From Blasia pusilla (taxonomy: Eukaryota): DNA of 64,000 bases. The stretch covers positions 9,982,001 through 10,046,000 of the forward strand of contig CM114271.1 of assembly GCA_050084515.1 (NCBI GenBank), written 5' to 3'. Positions within the stretch are counted from its first letter, which is position 1, and every line of letters starts with the position of its first letter. The position numbers and the translations under genes were made by a program. Positions 53,679-64,000 of this stretch are shown here, in pieces. Under the pieces are notes generated by a model. It ran no database searches. It was not told the DNA's origin and saw only the letters and a list, made by a program, of their open reading frames with translations.

Positions 53679-54667
53679 TGTGCGCATACACATCACTACA
53701 GAATCCACATCGCTGGTCACATCTACATACCACACAACACCGACCTTCCCCAAGATACGGATAGATCCACATATAAATGAAACATACTCACGCATATACA
53801 TTGGGACCCCAAAACATAATCAAGAGTAGTAAAAACGGCTCACCTAGCCTAAAACTCCACTCCTGAATTTAAATCAGCATATCAAACCACATCCATCCTC
53901 TGCTATGAGGGAATCCGCATGCTAGCACCCTAACTACTACACACCCATACACGTCTATACAAGAGAGGCGCTCTTAAGGCTCAACATGAGAAAGATGGCT
54001 TGGGAAAGCCATATTCCTCACTCTTATACCCTTGGGAAGAGCAAAAAGGCTTCCCCCAAAAAGCGCCCTACAAACGGTAACCTACGTGACAGACAAAAAC
54101 CAAAATAGGGAAATCGCCTTAAACAATTTTCCCGACACAACAGACTTGTCGCCAACCTCATTTGACATCTTGGGACGAAGTTACATCCAAAAAACCCATT
54201 GACTCTCTATGCCTTCGACACAATGGAACTCTACCTATATCAAAATAAGATACGACGACTATTGTGCTCATACACATCGCTACAAAACTCACATTGCTGG
54301 TCAGATCTACACACCACACAACACCGATATTCCCCAACATATGGGTAGATCCACACATAAATGAAACATACTCATGCATATACACTAGGACCCCACAACC
54401 GCCCCCCTAGCTGACAGTTGGGTCCCCCTAACTCCAGAGAGCACACACATATGTCCCCGACATGATCTCCTACCCTATACACATGTAGCACCATCGGTGT
54501 GGTTATCCCTGCAATACTGCCACACTGTAGCAACCCCCGGTGTTGATCCCTCCGAAGAGATCTAACACTCTCGTACCCTGCTCCAAACATAGACACGGCT
54601 CCACACATGCCTCACGATCTTGTCTGCACTCCACGTATCTCAACGCTCGTCCCCAACAATAATGACA
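53679..54667 (-). mobile_element. Internally deleted DNMT-Gypsy derivative (copy 5): DNMT motif I fragment joined to the PPT and duplicated terminal repeats
   Basis: 'EQGTRVLDLFGGINTG' at ~54585-54535, then PPT 'tagggggg(cggt)' and TG-start repeat 54397-54263, repeated at 53813-53679. Confidence 0.7.
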
Positions 54668-57050
54668 ATCCCTAGAAGTGGTGATGGTTTTGTCAAATTT
54701 CTTTTGCAACGTGTACCCTTTTCTTTGCTCATCATAACCAAGAAGAATACATTCTTCTGATTTTACATCTAGTTTTCTCCTTTGAGAAGAAGGAATTAGT
54801 GCAAAAGCTGTACACCCAAAAATTCTAATGTGACTAAGATCTGGAGGCTCTTTGTACCAAACCTCATATGGTGGCTTATCACCCTCCAGAGCCTTTGTTG
54901 GTGATTTGTTGTGCAAGTAGTTTGCTGTCACTATTGCTTCAACCCAATCAACCTTTTCGAGACTTGACTGTTCTAGCATTGCAAGTACAACAGATGTTAA
55001 TGTTCTATTTTTCCTTTCTACTACTCGTTTGCTGTGGAGTGTGAGGGACTAAAAACTGCCTTCTAATCCCATGCTCTTGACAATGTAAATTGAAATCAAT
55101 GGAAGTGTATTCTCCCCCATTATCACATCTTAACATTCTGATTTTTCTTCTTGTCTGATTTTCTACCAAGTTTTTGTACACTAAAAACTTCTGATATACT
55201 TCTGATTTCTGCTTCAAAAGATATATACATATATCTTGACAAATCATCTATAAAAGTCAAGAAATATCTAGCTCCATTGAATGTACATGTGCTCATTGGT
55301 CCACAATTATCAGAATGAACTAAGCCAAGAACATCTTCAACTCTCTTACCACCATCTATTGGAAATTTTTCCCTTACTTGCTTGGACTTGATGCTTGTGG
55401 TACAAAGAGGAAAGTTGTCAAAGTTTACGCCCTTCACCAAATTTTATTTTTGAAGTGCTATGAGTCTCGCTTGGCTGATGTGGCCAAGCCTCTCATGTCA
55501 CAAAACAACATTAGTTGTTGCAGAGAGAGCAGTGGTCTCCTTGCAGGTGGAATCTCTGGTTGATTGCTTAGGTGTTATGGACTCACCTAGCATATGCAAC
55601 TTGTTCTTCAACCTACAATTTGCTATTGTTACCCCAGCTTTGTTGTTCAGGGTACAACGACGATTCTTGATTGTGATCTGTTCTCCTGCTTGATCAAATT
55701 GATCCACTGAGAACAGATTCTTCTTCGGACCAGGGATATACAACACATCTGGGATGACAGTTTGTACTCCATCCAATAGCCTGATGCTTACTGACTCTAT
55801 TCCTTGAATAGGCTGGGTTGTGTCATCTCCCAAATACACCACCTGTTGCTGATCTGTATTACAAGCTTGGAAGGTCGTGAGCCATGTGCTGAGTGGCTCC
55901 GGTGACCACATACCAAGTTGTATCTGGACTATTTGAGGCAGTCAGGGCTGTTACATAGATTTTAGTCCCAACATTATTACTCTGATGTAGCTTCTGCAAT
56001 CTCTTAGGACAATTCTTCAATATGTGTCCAAATTGCTTACAATAGAAACGGCGAATTGATGTGATCGGAAGCTTCTTCCTGTAGCTTCCTCTTCCTTGAT
56101 TGAATCTTTGATTACCACCTATATAGAGTGTTATTGATGACTCAACACTCCCACCCATATTCTTTAGATGAGTTTCTTCTTGCAACAATTGAGGAATGAG
56201 AGTTTTCATGGGCTGGACCCGAATAGAAAAAAAAAAACTTATGTAACTTTGAGGCATGCTTCGCATCAGATCTAAAACCTTATCTTCTTGACTGAGGATA
56301 GCCCCAACAGTTGTCAGTGATCCAGAATGGATATCAAGCGATGAATGTGTTTTAATACACTTTCACCCTCTCTCATCTTGATTGTTGACAACTGATCTTT
56401 TAGATACATTTGTGTTACCTAGTCCTTCTTCTCGAAAAGATCGGTCATTCTTTTCTAGGCATCAACAGACGTCGAGCAGCCACTCAAGAGAGAGAATTGA
56501 TTGTTCTCTAGCGAGTTTGCAATGATAGAGGATACAAGACTATCTTTCTTGATCCATAGAGCTGCTGCAGCAGGTTCTAGGGGTTTTGTTTCTTCTCCCT
56601 CTACCATCTCCATAAGTGCTTCAGATATGAGAACCAATATCATTCTCTGTTTCCACACTTGAAAATAAGTTCCATCAAACTAAGGAATATCTGAAGCTCT
56701 AAGATGAGCCATTACTTGTTGACAAGATTCACGTGGCTTTCCTCTCAATTTCTACGCCCTCAATGGGAGTAAGATTTCAAGCACATGAAAGCAACACCCA
56801 CTTTGGGTGCGTGATTGATATCTCTCGCCAGTCACTCAGATGTCCTTCTATAGAAACACAATGCTTCTTGGACACTCTTCTAAGACAGAACTGATGAGGC
56901 ACTGCTTTTCATGACTGGTCACGGGTCCTCTATGGACTCATCACTGCAGATATTCTTTAAACCTAACTCCTAAGTTATACCACATACCACCTAGTATGTA
57001 GGGAGGATCCTTACTCCTATCCTGCTTAGCAGCTCTGATACCATGTTGAT
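54668..57050 (-). mobile_element. Ty1/Copia retrotransposon remnant (PBS-gag-protease-integrase), truncated at both ends
   Basis: PBS TGGTATCAGAGC (initiator Met tRNA) at 57043-57032. Gag 'WKQRMILVL', knuckle 'FYCKQFGHILKNC', protease-like 'WYVVTGATQHM', and integrase 'LVHSDNCGPM..YFLTFIDD', 'LRCDNGGEY', 'FGCTAFAL..KLD..CILLGYDE'. Confidence 0.9.
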
Positions 57051-57054
57051 CAAG

Positions 57055-59490
57055 CAAGTAGTCCGAACAATAGAAGTGGAGTGACACGGAGTGGATTGAG
57101 ATACCGAGGAGTTACGAGTGAGGAGCTACCTCGACATCCATCCGTGGCTGGATCGTCATCACTAGACACTGGGTCTGGTGACGAGATCGCAGACGGAGGT
57201 AGTATCACTTGGTAGGAGATGGACGATATGGGCCATCGAGGCATGCGTCGTTTCTCGGGTGCAGTGGGCACCATCAACTTAGATGATTTTATCCAGGAGT
57301 TCGACACGTGGTGCGACTTCCAAGAGATACAGACCCCGACATGGTTCAACCCTTTAATGGCATGGAAGGGGTTGTTCCAACACTTGGAGGGTCCTCCGAT
57401 GGATGATTACATGGAGTTTCAATCACTATATTTAGTAAAGATCGATGGCTAGAAGATGTATTGGGCCCTAGGGTATGTGTCCACTAGTGGTTGCGAGGCA
57501 TATAATGGGATTGCGAGGGGAGAGAGACCCACACCATCACCCCGAAGACTAGATGGAGAAGAGGGCAGTGAGACAAGCGATGTGGCAGAGACCTCTATTG
57601 GTAGAGGGCCACCCAGCTTCAGCCCCACAGTGGAGTTCTTCCGACAGTTAGGGAAGAGCTATCTGGGCGTATGCACCAACAAGCTAAAGAGTCTACAGGA
57701 TTTTCAGCGACGATTGGGTGAGAGTCTGAGAGAGGCATTCACGCGCATGAGGAGGCTGATCATTGCTACGTATGGAGTGACTGAGGCGCAGTTAGTCCAA
57801 TATTGGTATGGGGTTCTGGACCGCGAACTACGGAGGAGAGTCGGAGATGCGGTGCTGATTCACACTGCGAAGCCCACATTGAAGGTGGTCTTTGAGTTGT
57901 CTCAGCGTATTGAGCTCAACATGAGTGAGGAGCAGGTAGTGACCGCTGGGTTTTCTCGAGAGTCGACGGGTCCAGGAGCGATGATGACCCCACAGGTGCC
58001 ACTATGAGCTCCAGTACCACAGGAGCGGGCCACTGTGCCCTAAGAGCAGGGCGGGTACCGTTAGCCTATGAGGCAATGACCCGTACCTACATATGTTGCC
58101 CAACAGGGACCAATGTTGTCTTTTTGGATGTGTGGCGGGGCCCATCGACAGAGAGATTGCACACAGCATGGGAGAGGACCACGAGCACCTCTGATTGCTC
58201 AGGATCCACAAAGGATGGCCCCACCACAGCACCAGTGTGACTATTGCCACAGATATGGTCACACTAGGGATAGGTGTTTTGACCTTCGTCGAGAGGCAGG
58301 TCCAGAGGTAGGCCGAGGGCCTAGGGGCGGTCGTCTTGGAGGAGGTCGGGGAGTACTTCCTGGATGTGGTGGTAGAGGACCACCACCAGCCAGAGGAGAT
58401 GGAGCAGGAGCACCAGAGCCGACACTTCTCTCACGCAACAATCAATTGGACCATAGGATTGCTGCCATGACGATGATGCAGCTTAGGAAAGGCACGGACC
58501 TACAAGCAGCTAGTGTGACTCGAGCTTCTACCTCTTACCCTGACCCGGGTGAGGATCTCGCTAGTATGGGGTTTATATGTAGTGCAGCCTAGGTTGAGGC
58601 AGATGTAGTGGTGACTGGGGATGCTGCGAGAGGCACCAAGCCATTGAGAGGTGGAGTTGAGATTGACTCACAAGAGGGGACCGATGGGCGGCAGGCCAGG
58701 GTTCCACAGTTATTCACATTGTCAGAGGCACTTCACACACCATCGATGATGCCTCGACGAAGAGCGGTGCCTATAGCTCACGCAGGTATGTCGACATCAC
58801 AAGGAGTTGGAGTGACAACTCCTATGCTGACTTGAGTGGAGTCAGTGCCGACCATAGTGTTGGAGGTGGCCACCAAAGTGAGTCAGACTCCACTATTTTC
58901 CGCCATAGAGTTGGCGACGTTGGGAGTTGGACCAGCTAAGGTGTTCCGGGTGACACCCACGTTGTGTGAGCGTGGAGAGGTGACTGCTTCTTGTTTAGGG
59001 GTAGTTGACGAGGTGGTGGACTTGCCCTCAGAACCGGTGCTTGGGACGTTTCCCACAGAGTCATGGCATGCGGCGGAGGCGAAGTTGGTAGATATGCCAG
59101 CTCGACTGGCCATAGAGCGAGCAGTGGTGACACACGGAGTAGTGTTACTGGATAACCCAGCTGGAGTATTTTGCTTGGTTAGTCCCACAGGGACGGTATA
59201 CCACGTGCAGCGCGTCTTACTTGATTCGGGAGCGCGGCCCTTGATGTTAGGAAAGGCGGTGTGTTTAGCGTTGGGGTTACCGAAGGCCTACATTGAGCCT
59301 TGTCCCTTCGAGATACAGACCTACATTGGGGGCATGTCACCCATATAGTATATGACTCGACAGGAGATAGTTGTCATAGTCCAGCCAGAACATGCGACGG
59401 ATAGTGCTATGGTGCACACACATGCGATTACGACACCAGTTGATTCCTACGATGTGTTGGTGGGGAGTACAGTGTTATATCCCCTAGGAT
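57055..59490 (+). mobile_element. DNMT-Gypsy family gag-protease remnant (copy 3, best preserved), cut just after the protease
   Basis: Gag with knuckles 'CWMCGGAHRQRDC' (across a frameshift) and 'CDYCHRYGHTRDRC'. Protease 'QRVLLDSGARPLMLG' and 'YDVLVGSTVLYPLG' are colinear with copy 1 upstream of its DNMT. Confidence 0.85.
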
Positions 59491-62400
59491 TCTTATCAAT
59501 ATCTTCGGATCTTTCTTAGTACCAAAGTTTCTTTTCTTAATTCTCTCTAGTGGAGTTGACAGCACGCTCAGGTAGATTTCCTCTCGATATCAAGAAACCT
59601 CACAGAGACCTCAACATGAAAGTTGGCTTCTCCTACTTTCGGAACTCAATCCGTCTCGGCAGGCTACTCTCTGTCAAACAAATTTCCTACAACTCCATAT
59701 TGATTATTCCATTGATGAGAAAGGTTCGCCTGATTCACTCTTCACTCTGCAGACCCAAAAAGAATACTCAGACATAAGCATCGCATATTAGAATGAAGGA
59801 ATGAGTGATTTACTACTCCATCAAGAATGAGAAAGCTTCAAAAGTGTATACAAGCTCGAGAGGGTACTACTCCCTTGCTCGGACAATTCCTACAGCATGA
59901 GGACTTCGTAAGAGAATGATGATAATAGCTACTTTAATGTTTCTTAAATACTCTTTGAAGTAGGAATGTTCCAAAGATTTGAAGCATTTTTTATGAAGCT
60001 TGTGTCTCTTCAACATTTGTAACTACCTAGATCTATGATGCTCTTTTCTTTTCCTAAGATCCATATGAATCCGTAGAACAAAACTGTCTTAACTACTTAT
60101 CTGATACAAAGAGTTGCGCCTTTTCTTGGTGGGTCTTTAGACTTTGTTATTTTATTCTCCTCTCCTCTCAAGCAAATCCTTGATTTTCTATCTCTGTGCC
60201 TTGTTCTTGGAGCTTCGTGATTCACTTCAATCTCACTCATTCTTCTACTACGCAACCATAATATCAAAATCCTAATGTATATACAAGTCTTCTTTGAATA
60301 AAAAGGTGTAATTCTTCAAAAGTACAAAATTGTGGGTATCACATATCCCCTCCCTCAAATGTGAGCCACCCAGGGGAACACTTTATGATGTTTCTTCTTA
60401 TTCCATAAAAGTATCATCTAAACTATCAAACTCAGGTGTAGGCGCAAAACGACCATGAATAGTGGAAGGTTTGTTGATAATGTTGGGGGTGTGATTTTGC
60501 ATTCTCTCTCTCCATTTGTTAACAACGAGTGAACTTCCTAATACTTCGTTTTGGACTAAGACATCGGATGGAGTAAATAGTGGGAGTTCTTCAAGAGTAA
60601 TGGGGAGGTTGGGAACAACTTCCAAGAGAGACTTTGTATGGTTGTCAAATTGACGCTTCCAATGTTTGTTGATGTAGGCGATATCATCGCTCATCTGATG
60701 ATCAAAATTCTTGCCTACTTCGTCAACTAACTCCTTGACATCTTCCGGGTCTAACTGCACTTCGTTGAGGAGCTTCTTTTCTGCCTCCAAGACAGCGATC
60801 CTACCCGTAGCCTTTGACCACTATGCCACTAAGTCTTTGTTTGTTTCTTGATGTTCTTGAAGCAACTTTGAAGACTGAGCATGTTGTGTGGCCAATTTCT
60901 TGAACTCGTGGCTGATACGATACACTTGTTGTCGATATTGTTGAATCAGTTGCGAAGCTTCCTTGACCTGCGAAACTAATTGATCAGCCCCACACTCCAT
61001 GTTAATCGCCAAGCTCTCCCATTGGCGTGCGTTCCGTGCCTCGTACTGACTTTGGACCAAGCCGCTTTGGACCAAGTCGCTTTCGAGTTCAGAGGGTGTT
61101 TCGAAATTGACTCTACCGCGCTTTGGTCTTGGAAATTTGGTGAACTCCTCGGCCTTCCTTGAAGCGGAAGTATGCGGATGTTGCTTTGGGGTTGCTTCGC
61201 ATGGCGGGGTGACTTCGTGGCTTCCACTGGTAACCATTCCGCTCTTTCTTGGTAAGTGGACGGAGTAACTTGTGATCAGTGCAGCGCCTCATTGGCCTTT
61301 AATTCTTGCTTATGAATATACAGATTGATTAAAAAAGGAGACAGGAAGGACTTCGTGCTCGGATGAAGCGCTTCCAGCATTGCGCGTACGTGCCCGTCCA
61401 CAAAAGAAGCGAAGTCGACTCCCGGTGCTTTGGGGTCCAGGTGCTGATTCCAAAGGATATAGCACATCTTGACGAGCGTATTTGTTAGGTAGTAAGAACG
61501 AGTAGGATAAAACAAATTCATCAAATGGTTGCAAAACTGTCCAAACAATGGCGGAGACAACAAAGTAGCCTTGTAGAAATTCCTTCCAAGGCGATCAGAC
61601 ATTACACAACCGAGTGCCAACAAATATTCACGCTTCACCAAAAATTCGGTGTCATACTCATACTCTAGAGCAACCAAGAGCATATAAGTTGTTCGCCAAT
61701 CATTCGGCGTCCATTGTTGTGGCTAAGCTCGATACTGAAGACCCTTTCTTCGAAACTTGGCAATTGACGAACGAAGCTCCCCGAGGAGTTCCTTGGATGT
61801 CAAGGTCCAAATTGCTTGAAAGAAAGTCACCAAAGATCACTCCTCAAGCGCTTCGACCAATTCTGGTGACAGCTTGACCAGGGGCATGGCCGCACTTCGT
61901 AGAATGGGCGTGGAGTCTTCACGAGGCATGTTGGTAGATCAATCTGGATGAACGCCCCGCTTTGGTCTGCTACGCAACTTGGTGATGACTCCATCCATGC
62001 AAATACCCGCCCGATTAAGCAAGGACGCTTATATAGGCCCGACACTATGCGGGTTCTTGACCTTGGCGCCGGGTCTGCAATAGTCAGTTTGGCGCTTCGC
62101 TCTTCTACAAAGCTCAAATACTCTCGCGCTTTGCGCATGTGTGAAGGTCCAATACATCGCGCTTTGCTCTTCTGCAAAGCTTGAATACCCTCACGCTTTG
62201 CTCTTCTGCGAAGCTTTAGGCAGCCGCTCAACCCCCTTCCCTCCGGTTTTAGTCCGGGTAGGGTGGCGGCTCATGATACCGCGGAACATGCATCCCATTA
62301 ACACGAGTGGGAAGTGCTTCGCTCTGTAAGGTCCCCAACTGCAGTGATCCATTATCATATATGGCCAATACTCAGTAGGGTCCCATCAAGTTCAATTTTA

Positions 62401-63105
62401 ATTTCCCGGGGAACTTTATCCGACGGTTATCATACAATAGCACCAGGTTCCCAACGCTTATAGATTACGTCCGGAGATGTCGATCATATCGTTGCTTGCA
62501 TTTGTTTTGCACACATTTGGTCTGGCGTAAAGCCAACGTGCGTGCTCCCTCCAACGCAATTAAGGTCTCATTCCTTCCCTGGAAAACCTCGCCGACCGCC
62601 TCCGTTGTCGTTCCTTCCAACACTCAATAAGTGGGCAAAGCCCATTCAATAGGTGTTAAGGGATGAACGCCATAAGTGAGGAAGAACGGGGTATACTTTG
62701 TAGAAACCTTCTCGGCTGTTCGATATGCCCACACTGCAACAAAGATTTTCATATCCCAATCATAGGAATACGTAACCGTCAATCGATTCAATATCGGGCA
62801 GATCAGGCCGTTATATTTTTCAATCAACCCGTTGGCTTTAGGGTTGTAGGGCATGATCTTCCGATGCTTAATGAGAAAGTGTGACGTTAAAGACTCAATA
62901 GTCTGGTTCATAAAATGGGTGCCTCGATCGCTTACTAATTCCAACGGGCAGCCATACCGGGTGATAATTATTTCATATAAAAATTTGGCCACAGCCTCAC
63001 TATCATCTTTGCGCGTGGCCACCGCCTCCACCATCTTGGTACAATAGTCGGTAGCTATCAAAATATATTTTCGCCTTGTATGGCGGGTAGCGGGGGAAAT
63101 AGGGT
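59491..63105 (-). mobile_element. Family-A Gypsy element 3' half: integrase, extra downstream ORF, PPT and 3' LTR (60343-59491, truncated)
   Basis: Integrase 'IATDYCTKMVEA..ITRYGCPLELVSDRGTHF..PYNPKANG..WAYRT..TPFFLTYG' at 63061-62624. Sense-strand ORF remnants at 62231-60398. PPT 'gagggagggga' sits directly before TGTGATACCC. Confidence 0.85.
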
Positions 63106-64000
63106 TGTCATGACCATACGGATTATGTCATGGAGTATAGTGTGCTAGTAGAGGCCATACCTTATGTAGGGCCGTAGTGTCTAGGTAGAGATGCGGTTTC
63201 ATACATAGGGTTGGGGGTTACTCAGTTGAGGGTGACTTTTCCAGTAGGGCCTGCTCTTAGGTTGGAGGATATAGTATGGAGTGCACTCAAAGAACAGCTA
63301 GTTCTTTGAGTTGAGCCTGTTGCATTGGGAGTTAGCTTTGGTAGTGAGTAGAGCTCTTGGCTATGGTGGCTCCCGTAAGCTTCGACCTGGATTCTCCCAT
63401 CGTGGAGTGGGTTTGGCTCGATTGTATGTGATTCTATACGTGTTTTATGACAGTAGGTCTTTCACAGATTTCACTCAAAGAACTAGAGTAGATTGATGGT
63501 AGCTTCGATTGTGGATCAGTAGGATCCGGCTAGGGCTGATTGTGTATCAGCCGTGGATGTTCGTGGCTTGTGGCCTATATTGGAGGTAGGAATCTGGTGC
63601 GTGATTGATTGGGAAAGAAGCGCCTTTTTGAGAGCTTTCCAGCGCGCTTTAGATCGCCGGATTTTGTGAAGGGAGTTGGAAGTTATCAAGGATTGAAGAA
63701 TCTGGTTCGTGTTCGACGGTTTTCTGATGTGGAGAGCTTGGAGTGCGGAAGCTCTGTTGATGTTCATCCAGAGCGGGTGAGAGGTTCTTGTTGCTACTTG
63801 TATTGTGATCTCAAGCAAGAAATGACATCAAACGGATGGCTCTTGCTCCCATGAGCACTCTCGTGAGCCATGAAGTGGGGAACACTATCTCCCAACCTGC
63901 AACAAACAGCGAACACCAGCAAGCTCCTCCATCGTACCTCTCAAATCCTCATTCTCTCTTTGTAAATCAAGTAGATCTCACATCACATCTCACACCAATC
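63106..64000. mobile_element. LTR-like insertion truncating the integrase, followed by a family-X-like fragment
   Basis: Abrupt switch at tgtcatgacc. 63835-63985 resembles ~32495-32630. Confidence 0.5.

Overview
Eukaryotic plant genomic DNA, probably a streptophyte or early-diverging land plant (inferred from spliceosomal genes resembling AHK1, PME31 and BIG ARF-GEF). The first ~18 kb holds an intron-rich AHK1-like sensor histidine kinase (minus strand, runs off the window start), a decayed CRE-like non-LTR retrotransposon with a restriction-like endonuclease, and an intact-looking pectin methylesterase gene with two apparent GC-AG introns. From ~18 kb to the end is a nested transposon graveyard: solo LTRs with clean 5-bp TSDs, a hAT transposase, Copia and Gypsy remnants, and a BIG ARF-GEF pseudogene. 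The standout is a multi-copy Ty3/Gypsy-type LTR retrotransposon family. Its polyprotein carries a DNMT3-like C5 cytosine methyltransferase between protease and RT, and a piece linked by a shared 3' end carries an integrase ending in a PHD finger. This suggests a retroelement with its own DNA-methylation writer and histone reader. All copies here are degraded. Family assignments come from motif recognition by eye, not database searches.
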